A stretch of 64,000 nucleotides of DNA, taken from Acidimicrobiales bacterium (lineage in GTDB: Bacteria > Actinomycetota > Acidimicrobiia > Acidimicrobiales > Bog-793). Where the stretch lies: positions 23,181-87,180 of the forward strand of contig JBKQHU010000088.1 in assembly GCA_052148655.1 (NCBI GenBank), given 5' to 3'. The notes below the pieces were generated by a model. That model was not told where the DNA came from, did no database searches, and saw nothing but the letters and a program-made list of their open reading frames with translations. The position numbers and the translations under genes were made by a program. Position 1 is the stretch's first letter. Every line of letters begins with the position of its first letter. Positions 14,402 through 24,218 of the stretch are shown one piece after another.

Positions 14402-14493
14402 AATCTCCGTTCCTTGATCGAGGTCTTCTGGGACGTGCCCGAAGACCGGCCCAGACGGTCAGGGCACCTTTCACCTCGACTTATGTGAGCGCG

Positions 14494-14507
14494 CTCGTCG
14501 CGACGAG
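14494..14507. promoter_or_regulatory. perfect 14-bp palindrome CTCGTCGCGACGAG in an intergenic region
   Basis: Read directly from the sequence. It is flanked by two direct copies of CCTTTCAC (14467..14474, 14513..14520) and lies about 90-105 nt upstream of the 14401 start codon. Confidence 0.35.
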
Positions 14508-14554
14508 ATACGCCTTTCACATAGCTTCGGCATCGCGGTGCCATTACTTGACAC

Positions 14555-15229
14555 TCAAAACGCGAACGGCAACTCCGCGGCGACGTCCATGGCCAACCAG
14601 AACAACGACTCGCGCACGTCGTGGGCGTGCACCCAGTCGCGGTGGTCCCAGGACTCGCCGGCGAGGCTGTCGCCCGCGTAGAGGAGCTGGCCGAACGCAA
14701 CGCCCCTGAACCGGGCCACCGCCAGGAGCGCAGCCGCCTCCATCTCGACGGTGACACAGCCTTCGGCGCGCCTGAGCGACGCCTTCCCCCTCGTCTCGCG
14801 ATAGACCGCATCGGTCGACCAGGTGGTCCCCGTCGTGAACGGGACACCGGACCGCCCCAGCACGTCCTCGATCACCGACACCGCCGCCGCCTCCGCCTCG
14901 ACGAGCCGGGACGGAGCCAGGTAGTGGTACGAGGTACCCTCATCGCGCACCGCTGCCGCCACGACGACCGGATGGCCGAGGGCCAGGTCGGGGTCTAAGG
15001 CCCCGGCGCCCCCACAAGCCACCAGCGCCCGGCAGCCGTAGTCGATCGCCTCCTCCAAGAACAGCGCCGCCAGCGGCGCGCCGACGCCGGGCTGGAAGAA
15101 GGCGATCCTTTCGCCGCGGTGCTCGAGCTCGTAGATCGGATGGACGCCATGCTCTGAGTGCAGGCTTGCCGCCTGGCGGGCGGAGCGCGCGGAGGCGGTC
15201 TCGGCGACGACATCGCCGAAGAAGCACAT
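14555..15229 (-). CDS. nucleoside phosphorylase (PNP/UDP family 1); 5' end unresolved
   Basis: FFQPGVGAPLAALFLEEAI...ACGGAGAL...VEMEAAALLAVA. The in-frame upstream sequence still looks like the family N-terminus but has no canonical start codon (see findings). Confidence 0.75.
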   Translation of the reverse strand: MCFFGDVVAETASARSARQAASLHSEHGVHPIYELEHRGERIAFFQPGVGAPLAALFLEEAIDYGCRALVACGGAGALDPDLALGHPVVVAAAVRDEGTSYHYLAPSRLVEAEAAAVSVIEDVLGRSGVPFTTGTTWSTDAVYRETRGKASLRRAEGCVTVEMEAAALLAVARFRGVAFGQLLYAGDSLAGESWDHRDWVHAHDVRESLFWLAMDVAAELPFAF

Positions 15230-15399
15230 GACCGCCCGGGCGGGGACGTCGACCTCGTCGCGCGACGGAGCGCACAGGTGAACCGACGGTTCGATGAGCG
15301 CGCGGCGCTCCGGGTCGAACTCGAGGATCGGGTACTCGGCGCGGGAGGGACCGCCGGGGCCATTCCCCGGCGTGGCGGGTGCGGCGCGACCGGGGACGG

Positions 15400-16425
15400 C
15401 TAGCCCCCCGAGACGTCTTCCAGGCGCTGCCGGCCGGCGGTCACGAACGGCATCATCGCCCTCAGCTCGGCGCCGACCGACTCGATCTGGTGGTCACGCC
15501 CGGCCGCGCGCAGGGCGTTGAAACGCGGCCTGCCGGCGCGGTCCTCCGCCACCCATTCGGCGGCGAAGCTGCCGTCTTTGATCTCGGCGAGGATGCGGCG
15601 CATCTCGGCACGGACCCTGTCGTCGATGATGCGCGGCCCGCGGGTCAGGTCCCCGTACTCGGCCGTGTCCGAGACCGAGAAGCGCATGCCCGCGATGCCC
15701 TGCTCGTACATGAGGTCGACTATCAGCTTCAGCTCGTGCAGGCATTCGAAGTACGCCGATTCGGGCTGGTAGCCGGCCTCGACGAGGGTCTCGAAACCGG
15801 CCATCGCGAGTGCGGTCAGCCCGCCGCACAACACGACCTGCTCGCCGAACAGGTCGGTCTCGGTCTCCTCGGCGAAGGTCGTCTCGAGCACGCCCGCCCT
15901 GGTGGCACCGATGGCGTCCGCGTAGGACAGGGCGAGTGGCATCGCCTTGCCCGAGGCGTCGGCCGAGACGGCGATGAGCGACGGCACGCCTCCGCCCTCG
16001 GTGTAGGTGCGCCTTACGAGGTGGCCCGGGCCCTTGGGCGCGACCATGGCGACGTCGATTCCCGCCGGCGGGGCGATCAGCCCGAAACGGATGTTGAACC
16101 CGTGCGCGAAAAACACCGCGTCGCCCTCGGCGAGCTGCGGTGCGATCTCGGCCTCGTACACCGACGCCTGCTCGGTGTCCGGGAGCAGGATCATTATGAG
16201 GTCCGCCTCCCTGGCCGCCTCGGCCACGGTTGCGACACGCAGGCCGGCCGCCTCCGCCTTGGGGCGCGAGGACGACCCGGACCGCAGCCCTACGCGCACG
16301 TCGACACCGGAGTCGTGGAGGTTCAACGCATGCGCATGGCCTTGCGAGCCGTAGCCGATGATGGCCACCTTGCGCGTCCGGACCAGGGATGAGTCCGCGT
16401 CCTTCTCGTAGTAGAGCTTGGCCAT
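15400..16425 (-). CDS. ilvC: ketol-acid reductoisomerase
   Basis: 341 aa. [11 protein letters not shown]...[17 protein letters not shown]...[10 protein letters not shown]...[10 protein letters not shown]. Confidence 0.95.
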   Translation of the reverse strand: MAKLYYEKDADSSLVRTRKVAIIGYGSQGHAHALNLHDSGVDVRVGLRSGSSSRPKAEAAGLRVATVAEAAREADLIMILLPDTEQASVYEAEIAPQLAEGDAVFFAHGFNIRFGLIAPPAGIDVAMVAPKGPGHLVRRTYTEGGGVPSLIAVSADASGKAMPLALSYADAIGATRAGVLETTFAEETETDLFGEQVVLCGGLTALAMAGFETLVEAGYQPESAYFECLHELKLIVDLMYEQGIAGMRFSVSDTAEYGDLTRGPRIIDDRVRAEMRRILAEIKDGSFAAEWVAEDRAGRPRFNALRAAGRDHQIESVGAELRAMMPFVTAGRQRLEDVSGG

Positions 16426-16512
16426 AACGCTCCTGTCTCGTAGCTCTCGGGGAATGTTGGCTCTTTGTGATGGTGCTGCGCGGGCGTCCCTGCCGGCGCC
16501 CGATGCGGGCCC

Positions 16513-17067
16513 CTAGGCGATGGCGACCGAGGGCCGAGCCGCCCCCGAGGCGGAGAACCTATCGTCCAGCTTGGGGAGCGCGACGCGGCCGGTCCTTTGC
16601 AGCCCGGCGATCCCGTAGGGCCTCATCAGGTCCTCGAAGTCGTCGATGGCCTCGGGCGTGCCCGCGACCATGACTGTCATGGCGTCGTGACCGACGTCTA
16701 CGATGCGGCCCCCGAAGACGCCGACGAGCTCGATGACCTGGGAACGCTGGCCGGCGTCGACAGAGACGCTGACGAGCAGGAGCTCGGCCTCGCGCGCCTG
16801 GTCCGGGTGGAGCTCGCCGATCTCGACGACGTTGATGAGCTTGTCGAGCTGCGCCACGACCTGCTCCAAGGGCGCCGACTCGACGTCCACGACGATCGAG
16901 ATCCTCGAGAACCGCTCGTTGTCGGTCGGTGCGACGGCAAGGGAGTAGATGTTGTAGCCGCGTCGCGAGAACAGGCCCGCCACACGCGCCAGCACACCGG
17001 CCTTGTTCTCCACGAGCACCGACAACAGCCTGTGGTGTGGGCCGTACTGCCTCTGGTCCGCGCTCAT
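16513..17067 (-). CDS. ilvN: acetolactate synthase small (regulatory) subunit
   Basis: 184 aa. HRLLSVLVENKAGVLARVAGLFSRRGYNIYSLAVAPTD (ACT domain). The start overlaps the ilvB stop by 4 nt. Confidence 0.92.
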   Translation of the reverse strand: MSADQRQYGPHHRLLSVLVENKAGVLARVAGLFSRRGYNIYSLAVAPTDNERFSRISIVVDVESAPLEQVVAQLDKLINVVEIGELHPDQAREAELLLVSVSVDAGQRSQVIELVGVFGGRIVDVGHDAMTVMVAGTPEAIDDFEDLMRPYGIAGLQRTGRVALPKLDDRFSASGAARPSVAIA

Positions 17068-18827
17068 GACAGCACCTCGGTGCTCGAGGCGGACCAGGAC
17101 TGGTAGGTGACGATGTCGTCGTTCGAGGCGCCGGCGGGCACCATCGGGAAGACCTGCTCCATCGAGTCGGTCCGAAAGTCGATCACGACGGGCCGGTCGT
17201 CGATCTCGTTGGCCTTTTCGATGGCGGGTGTGACCTCCTCGGGACTCTCCACCCTAAGGCCGATACAGCCCATCGACTCGGCCCATCCGACGTAGTCGGG
17301 CAGGTCGGGCGACAGGTACACCTCCGAGTAACGCTCCTCGTAGAACATGTGCTGCCACTGGCGCACCATCCCGAGATAGGCGTTGTTCAAGATGGCGATC
17401 TTGACCGGGACGCGCTCGGCGGTGGCGGTGGCGAGCTCCTGCGCCGTCATCTGGAAACAGCCGTCGCCGTCGACCGCCCACACCATCCGGTCGGGTCGCC
17501 CGACCTTGGCCCCGATGGCGGCCGGCACCGCGAAGCCCATCGTCCCGAGACCCCCCGAGTTGATCCAGGTGTTCGGGTACTCGAAGGACCAGTACTGGGA
17601 GGCCCACATCTGGTGCTGGCCCACGCCCGAGACGAGGATCGTGTCCGCGGGCGTCGCCGCCCGCAGGCTCTCGATGACGAACTGCGGCTTGAGCGTCGGC
17701 CGGCGGCTCGGGCCACTGGTCGCCCCCCTCCCCGACTCGGAACGGTCGTAGGTCAAGGGGTACTCCGCCTGCCAGCGGCGGATCGTCGCGATCCAAGGTG
17801 CCAGGCGGCTGTTGTCGGGCGGCCCGGACGCCCTGATCTCGGCGACGAGCGCCTCGACGGCAAGACGACAGTCGGCGAGGATGCCGACCTCGGGGCGGCG
17901 GACCTTGCCGATCTCGGCCTTGTCGATGTCGACGTGCACAACCTTGGCCCCCGGGGCGAAGGCCGAGACCTTGCCGGTCACCCGGTCGTCGAAGCGGCTC
18001 CCGAGCGCCACGAGCAGGTCTGCCTTCTGCATGGCGGTGACCGCGGTGTAGTTGCCGTGCATGCCGGGCATGCCGAGGCAGAGCGGATGGCTGTCGGGCA
18101 ACGAGCCACGGGCCATGAGGGTCGTCACGACGGGCGCCCCCGTCAGGTCCACGAGCTCGCGCAAGGCTTCAGAGGCACGCGACTTCAAGATGCCACCGCC
18201 GGCGTATATCACCGGTCTCTCGGCCGCCGCGATGAGGGCGGCCGCGGCCCGGACCGCCTCCGGGTCCGGGTGGGAGGCCGGGTGGTACCCGGGCAGGTCG
18301 ACCCCGTCGGGCCAGTACCACTCCATGCTGGCGTTCGCGACGTCCTTGGGGAAATCGATCAGCACCGGCCCCGGCCGTCCGGTCGTGGCGATGTGGAACG
18401 CCTCGCGCACGATCTGGGGAATGTCGGCGGCGTCTGTGACAAGCCAGTTGTGCTTGGTGACGCCGAGGGTGATGCCTGTCGTGTCGGTCTCCTGGAAGGC
18501 GTCGGTCCCGATCGCGCTCGTGGCGACCTGGCCGGTGATGCAGACGAGCGGGATCGAGTCCATGTAGGCGTCGGCGAGCGCCGTCACGATGTTGGTCGCG
18601 GCGGGGCCGCTCGTCACCATCGCCACTCCGGGCCTGCCGGTCGCCTGCGCGTAGCCCTCGGCCATGTGCCCGGCACCCTGCTCGTGGCGGACCAGGATGT
18701 GGCGGATGGGCGAGTCGATGATCGGGTCGTATACGGGCAGGATCGCACCTCCGGGGAGGCCGAACATGACTTCGACCTCTTGCATCTCGAGGCTTTTCAC
18801 AAGCGCTTGCGCTCCGGTGAACTCCAT
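17064..18827 (-). CDS. ilvB: acetolactate synthase large subunit
   Basis: 587 aa. GAQALVKSLEMQEVEVMFGLPGGAILPVYD, and the ThDP motif GLGTMGFAVPAAIGAK...DGDGCFQM...NNAYLGMVRQWQ. Confidence 0.95.
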   Translation of the reverse strand: MEFTGAQALVKSLEMQEVEVMFGLPGGAILPVYDPIIDSPIRHILVRHEQGAGHMAEGYAQATGRPGVAMVTSGPAATNIVTALADAYMDSIPLVCITGQVATSAIGTDAFQETDTTGITLGVTKHNWLVTDAADIPQIVREAFHIATTGRPGPVLIDFPKDVANASMEWYWPDGVDLPGYHPASHPDPEAVRAAAALIAAAERPVIYAGGGILKSRASEALRELVDLTGAPVVTTLMARGSLPDSHPLCLGMPGMHGNYTAVTAMQKADLLVALGSRFDDRVTGKVSAFAPGAKVVHVDIDKAEIGKVRRPEVGILADCRLAVEALVAEIRASGPPDNSRLAPWIATIRRWQAEYPLTYDRSESGRGATSGPSRRPTLKPQFVIESLRAATPADTILVSGVGQHQMWASQYWSFEYPNTWINSGGLGTMGFAVPAAIGAKVGRPDRMVWAVDGDGCFQMTAQELATATAERVPVKIAILNNAYLGMVRQWQHMFYEERYSEVYLSPDLPDYVGWAESMGCIGLRVESPEEVTPAIEKANEIDDRPVVIDFRTDSMEQVFPMVPAGASNDDIVTYQSWSASSTEVLS

Positions 18828-18910
18828 CGGTGCTACCTCTCACTCTCGTTGGTCGGGTCTGTGGTTGGGTTGTGGGCTGTGGCTGATCGCTGTCCGGTGC
18901 GCCGGTGCCG

Positions 18911-18943
18911 GAAAACGAAACGACCTCCCCTTCGGGGAGGTCG
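18911..18943 (-). terminator. intrinsic terminator (attenuator) in the ilvBNC leader
   Basis: Minus strand reads CGACCTCCCC-GAA-GGGGAGGTCG (18921..18943) followed by TTTCGTTTTCC (18911..18920), about 90 nt upstream of the ilvB ATG. Confidence 0.65.
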
Positions 18944-18973
18944 CAGGCGCAGAACCGCAAACGGTGCCGCGCT

Positions 18974-19009
18974 CTAGGTAATAAGTACGAGGCAGTCGTT
19001 CGCGGGCAT
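18974..19009 (-). CDS. ilvBNC leader peptide MPANDCLVLIT
   Basis: ATG 19009, TAG 18974. Four consecutive branched-chain codons CTC GTA CTT ATT (L-V-L-I). It forms the tail of the spurious 493-aa track ORF 18974..20455. Confidence 0.6.
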   Translation of the reverse strand: MPANDCLVLIT

Positions 19010-19017
19010 CACGGACA

Positions 19018-19046
19018 AGTGTGACAGAGCAGCCCCTCCCGCGCAA
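19018..19046 (-). promoter_or_regulatory. candidate sigma-A type promoter for the ilvBNC leader
   Basis: TTGCGC (19041..19046), a 17-nt spacer, then CACACT (19018..19023). The -10 element ends 8 nt before the leader ATG. This is the same geometry as the leuA leader promoter. Confidence 0.35.
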
Positions 19047-19143
19047 CCACGCCTGCGCGGCTGGCCCAAAGCGGCGGGGCAGGACCGGGTGTCGTCGCAG
19101 GTCCGCCGGGTGCAAGAGGGCAGGCAGTCGGGGCGGTCGGCGA

Positions 19144-20835
19144 CTACGGCTCTGTGATGGCGCCCCGCTCCGCCCCGGCGACAAGGCGGGCGTACTTGGC
19201 CATGACCCCCGTCGCATAGCGCGGGACCGGTGGCTTCCACTGCTCGCGGCGGCGCTCGAGCTCGGCAGGCTCGACGACCACGTCCAGGCGGCCCTCGTGC
19301 GCATCGAGGACGATGCGGTCGCCGTCCTCGACGAGGGCGATCGGGCCGCCGACCGCCGCCTCCGGGGCCACGTGGCCGACGCAGAATCCCTGGGTGCCGC
19401 CCGAGAAGCGACCGTCGGTGACGAGGGCGCAGTCGCCACCTCGCCCGGCACCGGTCATGGCGCCGGTGACGGCGAGCATCTCGCGCATGCCGGGACCGCC
19501 CTTGGGGCCTTCGTAGCGGACGACGACCACGGTGCCGGGCACGATGGCTCCGGCGAGGATGGCCTCCATGGCGGCGCCCTCGCCGTCGAAGACCCTCGCC
19601 CTGCCGCTGAAGGCGAGCTCGCCGTCGATCCCGGCAACCTTCACGACGGCGCCTTGCGGCGCGAGCGACCCGGTGAGGATGGCGATCCCGCCGTCGGCGT
19701 GGATCGGCTCGCCGAATCGCCGCACGACCGAGCCGTCGGGGGCGGGCGGGTCGAGCTCGGCCAGGTTGTCGGCCATCGTCTTTCCCGTGACGGTCAGGCA
19801 CCCGCCGTCGATCAGGCCCTTTCCCAACAGCTCCCGGAGAACGACCGGCAGGCCGCCGATCCGGTCGAGATCGGTCATGTGGTACCTGCCGTGCGGCTTC
19901 ATGTCCGCCAGGTGCGGCACGTGGCGGCCGATTCGGGAGAAGTCCTCGAGGTGCAGCTCGACGTGTGCCTCGTTCGCGATCGCGAGCAGGTGGAGCACGG
20001 CGTTGGTCGAGCCCCCGAGCGCCATCACGGTGGCGATGGCGTTCTCGAAAGCCGCCTTGGTCATGATCTGACGGGGCCGGATGCCCTTTTCGAGCAGGGC
20101 GATCACCGCCCGGCCGCTCGCGTAGGCGAGATCGTCGCGCCGGCGGTCGACGGCCGGCACCGAGGCCCCGCCGGGCAGCGCCATGCCGAGGGCTTCGGCC
20201 ACCGATGCCATGGTGTTGGCGGTGAACATGCCGGCACACGAACCCTCGGTCGGGCACGCATTGCGTTCGATCGCCTCGAGCTCCGCCAGGCCGATCGTCC
20301 CCGCCGAGCAGGCGCCGACCGCCTCGAACACCGACACGACGTCGAGGGCGCGATCGCCCAGGCGCCCCGGCAGGATCGTGCCTCCGTAGAGGAAGACCAT
20401 CGGAAGGTCGAGCCGGCCGGCGGCCATGAGCATCCCGGGAAGCGACTTGTCGCACCCTGCCAGACCCACGAAAGCATCGAAGCGCTCCGCGTGCATCATC
20501 GCCTCGACCGAGTCGGCGATGATCTCGCGGCTCACGAGGGAGGCGTGCATGCCTTCATGGCCCATCGCGATCCCGTCGGAGACCGCGATCGAGACGAACT
20601 CGAACGGGAACCCGCCTGCCGACCGCACGCCTTCCTTCGCCCGGCTTGCCAGCCTCTTAAGGGGCAGGTTGCACGGCGTGACCTCGTTCCAGGTGGAGGC
20701 GACGCCCACCTGAGGCTTGTCGAAGTCGCCATCGGTCATGCCGACCGCACGGAGCATGGCCCGCGACGGCGCACGCCGGAAGCCCTCGGTCACGTCCTGG
20801 CTGTGGATCTTGAGCGAGCGGATCTTGTCGGTCAT
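19144..20835 (-). CDS. ilvD: dihydroxy-acid dehydratase
   Basis: 563 aa. [32 protein letters not shown]...GCDKSLPG...[16 protein letters not shown]...[11 protein letters not shown]. Confidence 0.95.
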   Translation of the reverse strand: MTDKIRSLKIHSQDVTEGFRRAPSRAMLRAVGMTDGDFDKPQVGVASTWNEVTPCNLPLKRLASRAKEGVRSAGGFPFEFVSIAVSDGIAMGHEGMHASLVSREIIADSVEAMMHAERFDAFVGLAGCDKSLPGMLMAAGRLDLPMVFLYGGTILPGRLGDRALDVVSVFEAVGACSAGTIGLAELEAIERNACPTEGSCAGMFTANTMASVAEALGMALPGGASVPAVDRRRDDLAYASGRAVIALLEKGIRPRQIMTKAAFENAIATVMALGGSTNAVLHLLAIANEAHVELHLEDFSRIGRHVPHLADMKPHGRYHMTDLDRIGGLPVVLRELLGKGLIDGGCLTVTGKTMADNLAELDPPAPDGSVVRRFGEPIHADGGIAILTGSLAPQGAVVKVAGIDGELAFSGRARVFDGEGAAMEAILAGAIVPGTVVVVRYEGPKGGPGMREMLAVTGAMTGAGRGGDCALVTDGRFSGGTQGFCVGHVAPEAAVGGPIALVEDGDRIVLDAHEGRLDVVVEPAELERRREQWKPPVPRYATGVMAKYARLVAGAERGAITEP

Positions 20836-20998
20836 GACCTCAACCTACTTGTCGCCCCGCCGCCGGGCGGCGTCGGTTGCCACCTTCCTGCGAGGCGGTC
20901 GCGCGGCGACGTCACCACCTAAGCCGGCTCCGGGCCCCCCGCGCCACGGCCCCACTCCTCCACGGCTTGCACGCCCCCGCCGGGCGCCCTCGGTCGTG

Positions 20999-22444
20999 CT
21001 AGACGTCGCGCCGGGCGGCAAATGCCGCCGCGACCAGCTTGCCGTTCGCCCGGCCCCTCGAGGCACGCATGACCTGACCGAGGAGGAACTGCGCCACCTT
21101 CTCGTCACCGCCGCGGTAGCGCTGCCACTCCTGGGGGTTGGAGGCGATCACGTCTTCGACCATCTTTTCGAGCGCCGCCTCGTCCATCGCCTCGAAGCCG
21201 AGGCGCGAGGCGATCCTGCCCGGGTCCCCGCCGTGGGACATGAGCTCGGCGAGGACTTCCTTCGACTGGGTCGCCGAGAGCTGACCGGAGGACTCCATCG
21301 CGCACAGGGCGGCGAAGGCGGTCGGGTCGAGCTTCCTGGCTGCGTCCGGGTTGGCGGCAGCCTCGTTCGCCGCCCGCGCCAGGGCCAGACGCGGGTCGGC
21401 ACCGGCCTTGACGGCGCCGACGACGAGATCGTCGAGCCCGAGGGTGACCACGGTCACGACCTGGTCGGTCGAGCCGTCACGGCGGGTGGCCAGCTCCGCG
21501 TTGGCGCTGACGAGCTCCGACAGGCGGCGCCGGCGTTGGGCGGGCATGGGACCGACCCCCTCGGAGGCCGCGGCCAGCAGGCGCGCGTCCGGCACGAGGG
21601 GTGTCAGATCGGGCTCGGGGAAGTAGCGGTAGTCGTTCGCCTCCTCCTTGGAGCGCAGGGCGTGGGTGCTCCCGTCCGCCTCGTCCCAGTGCCTGGTCTC
21701 CTGCGCCACTCGCTGTCCGGATTCGACGAGCTCGATCTGTCGGGCCACCTCGTAGTCGATGGCGCGCTCGAGTGACCGCAGCGAGTTCAGGTTCTTCACC
21801 TCGCAACGCGTCCCGTACTCGGTCGCGCCCAGAGGGCGCACCGAGACGTTCGCGTCGACCCTGAGCGAGCCCTCCTCCATGCGGCCGTCCGATGCCCCTG
21901 TGGCCACGAGGATGGCGCGCAGCTCGTCGACATAGGCGCGGGCTTGCACCGCCGAGCGGATGTCCGGGCGAGAGACGATCTCGACGAGGGGCACGCCGGC
22001 GCGGTTGTAGTCGACCAGCGAATGGCTCGCCTCGTGGATGCGGCCCCCGCCGCCGACATGGGTCGTCTTGCCCGTGTCCTCTTCCATGTGCGCCCGTTCG
22101 ATGCCGACGCGGGAACCGTCGGGCAGCTCCAGGAAGCCATCGACGTTGATCGGCTCGTCGTACTGGCTGATCTGGTAGTCCTTGGGCATGTCGGGGTAGA
22201 AGTAGTTCTTCCGGTGGAAGATCGAGCGCTGCGGTCTGCAGTTGAGCGCCGCTCCGATCCTCAAGGCGAGCTCGACGGCCCGCCGGTTGATGACCGGGAG
22301 CGACCCGGGCAGCCCGAGGCAGACCGGGCAGATGTTCGTGTTCGGCGCCTCGCCGAAGGCGTTGCGGCAACCGCAGAACAGCTTCGTGGCCGTGGACAGC
22401 TCGCAGTGGACCTCGAGGCCGACGACGGTCTCGTACTCGGTCAC
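20999..22444 (-). CDS. gatB: Asp-tRNA(Asn)/Glu-tRNA(Gln) amidotransferase subunit B
   Basis: GTG at 22444 overlaps the gatA stop (GTGA). [25 protein letters not shown]...[13 protein letters not shown]...[10 protein letters not shown]. The upstream 400 codons of the 884-aa track ORF are out-of-frame gatA sequence. Confidence 0.93.
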   Translation of the reverse strand: MTEYETVVGLEVHCELSTATKLFCGCRNAFGEAPNTNICPVCLGLPGSLPVINRRAVELALRIGAALNCRPQRSIFHRKNYFYPDMPKDYQISQYDEPINVDGFLELPDGSRVGIERAHMEEDTGKTTHVGGGGRIHEASHSLVDYNRAGVPLVEIVSRPDIRSAVQARAYVDELRAILVATGASDGRMEEGSLRVDANVSVRPLGATEYGTRCEVKNLNSLRSLERAIDYEVARQIELVESGQRVAQETRHWDEADGSTHALRSKEEANDYRYFPEPDLTPLVPDARLLAAASEGVGPMPAQRRRRLSELVSANAELATRRDGSTDQVVTVVTLGLDDLVVGAVKAGADPRLALARAANEAAANPDAARKLDPTAFAALCAMESSGQLSATQSKEVLAELMSHGGDPGRIASRLGFEAMDEAALEKMVEDVIASNPQEWQRYRGGDEKVAQFLLGQVMRASRGRANGKLVAAAFAARRDV

Positions 22445-23910
22445 GGGTTCACCGGTCCCCGCACTCCGGGCGGGGCAGCCCGTTCCAGGCTCGCCGCGAC
22501 ACGCAGCATCTGGACTTCGCCCAAAGCGGGGGCGAGCACCTGCACGCCCACTGGGAGCCCGTCCGGGCTCAGCGCGAACGGCACGCTGGCGGCCGGGTGG
22601 CCGGCGAGGCTCGAGGGGATGGAGCACAGGTCGCACAGGTACATCTGGATCGGGTCGTCCACCTTGGAGCCGAAGGGGAAGGCCACCGACGGGGTCGTGG
22701 GCGTCAAGAGCACGTCGAAGTTCCGGTAAGCCGCCTCGAACGCCCGGATGACTATCGTCCGGGCCTTTTGCGCCTGGCCGTAGTAGGCGTCGTAGTAGCC
22801 CGCCGACAGCGCATAGGTCCCGATCATGATGCGCCGCTTGACTTCGGGCCCGAAGCCGCAACCACGCGTCCTGGCATTCATCGTCTCGGCGTCGGGACCC
22901 TCGACCCGAAGACCGTAACGGACACCGTCGTAACGGGAGAGGTTCGAGGACGCCTCGGCGGGCGCGATCAGGTAGTACGCAGGCAACCCGAGCAGCAGCT
23001 CGGGGATCTTGACACGGTCCACCTCGGCCCCGGCCGCCGCCAAAGCCTCCGCCGCCGCGATCACCGCCGCAGAGCACTCGGGCGACACGTCCGCCAAGAA
23101 GTCGTCGACGATCCCGACGCGCAGCCCCGAGACGCCTTCGCCCAGCGAGGCGAGCAGGCTCGGCGCCGGCCGCTCGAGCGAGGTCGAGTCCATCGGGTCG
23201 TGGCCGGCAACGACCTCGAGGCCGAGCGCCGCGTCCGCCACCGTTGTGGCGAACGGGCCGATCTGGTCGAGCGAGCTGGCGAAGGCGATGAGCCCGTAAC
23301 GCGAGACCACGCCATAGGTCGGCTTCACCCCGACGATCCCGCACAGCGCCGCCGGCTGGCGGATCGACCCGCCCGTGTCGGAACCGAACGAGAGGGGAAC
23401 CATGCCGGAAGCGACGGCGGCGGCGCTTCCGCCCGACGAGCCGCCCGGGACCCGGGTCAAGTCCCAGGGGTTCCGGGTCGGGCCGAAGGCGGAATTCTCC
23501 GTCGAGGAGCCCATGGCGAACTCGTCGAGGTTGGTCTTGCCGATCGGGAGCGCGCCCGCGCGCCGGAGCCGGGTCACGACCGTGGCGTCGTAGGGAGGGA
23601 GCCACCCCTCGAGGATCTTCGAGGAACAGGTCGTGGGGACGCCGACGGTGCACAGGTTGTCCTTCAGCGCTACCGGCACTCCCGCGAGCGGTCCCGGGTC
23701 CAGACCCGATCGCACCATCCGATCGACGGCGGCGGCGTCGGCCTCTGCCGCCTCGAGTGTCACCTCGTTGAAGCAGTGCAGGTCACCCTCGAGCTCGCTG
23801 ACGCGACGGATCGACTGCGCCAGGACGGCCCGGGCACTGCGCTCGCCCGAGCGGACCGAGGCGGCGATCTCGACAAGGGAACTGAACTCGGGGGCCCGGC
23901 TCGCGGTCAC
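22441..23910 (-). CDS. gatA: Asp-tRNA(Asn)/Glu-tRNA(Gln) amidotransferase subunit A
   Basis: 489 aa. Amidase signature [14 protein letters not shown]...[17 protein letters not shown], plus N-terminal [19 protein letters not shown]. Confidence 0.95.
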   Translation of the reverse strand: MTASRAPEFSSLVEIAASVRSGERSARAVLAQSIRRVSELEGDLHCFNEVTLEAAEADAAAVDRMVRSGLDPGPLAGVPVALKDNLCTVGVPTTCSSKILEGWLPPYDATVVTRLRRAGALPIGKTNLDEFAMGSSTENSAFGPTRNPWDLTRVPGGSSGGSAAAVASGMVPLSFGSDTGGSIRQPAALCGIVGVKPTYGVVSRYGLIAFASSLDQIGPFATTVADAALGLEVVAGHDPMDSTSLERPAPSLLASLGEGVSGLRVGIVDDFLADVSPECSAAVIAAAEALAAAGAEVDRVKIPELLLGLPAYYLIAPAEASSNLSRYDGVRYGLRVEGPDAETMNARTRGCGFGPEVKRRIMIGTYALSAGYYDAYYGQAQKARTIVIRAFEAAYRNFDVLLTPTTPSVAFPFGSKVDDPIQMYLCDLCSIPSSLAGHPAASVPFALSPDGLPVGVQVLAPALGEVQMLRVAASLERAAPPGVRGPVNP

Positions 23911-24218
23911 GGTGCTTCACCCATTATGCGGGGGACCTGGAAGCAGTCAGCTTCGGCCAACGGGGCCTGGGCGAGAACCGTCGCCCTGTCGAGGCTCGCC
24001 GTGGCGACGTCTTCGCGGAGCACGTTCTCGACCGGGAAGGGGTGGGCCGTCGGCGGAACGTTCGCCGTGTCGAGGCGCCGCACGGCCTCCACGTGCTCGA
24101 AGATGGCCGACAGCTGCGACGCGTAGCGCCCGATCTCGTCGTCTTCGAGGGCGAGGCGGGCGAGACGCGCCACGTGACGGACCGCCTCGGGCGAGATGAG
24201 CCGCTCCGGCTCGCTCAC
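23907..24218 (-). CDS. gatC: Asp-tRNA(Asn)/Glu-tRNA(Gln) amidotransferase subunit C
   Basis: 103 aa. [17 protein letters not shown]...[12 protein letters not shown]...NVLREDV. It overlaps gatA by 4 nt. Confidence 0.9.
   Translation of the reverse strand: MSEPERLISPEAVRHVARLARLALEDDEIGRYASQLSAIFEHVEAVRRLDTANVPPTAHPFPVENVLREDVATASLDRATVLAQAPLAEADCFQVPRIMGEAP

Noticed and set aside
19021-20922. Long antisense ORFs: this 633-aa ORF, and likewise 5891..7270, 15379..16392, 17349..18977, 22597..24126, 24700..26766, 40308..41573, 48548..50530 and 60754..62412
   Set aside because: Each lies opposite a strongly supported conserved gene. Their compositions are Arg/Gly/Pro/Asp-biased and typical of reverse frames in high-GC DNA. 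None shows a recognisable motif.
22445-23653. The N-terminal 400 codons of the 884-aa minus ORF 20999..23653
   Set aside because: It is an out-of-frame overlap with gatA and translates as Arg/Pro/Gly-rich nonsense. gatB similarity begins exactly at GTG 22444, which overlaps the gatA stop.
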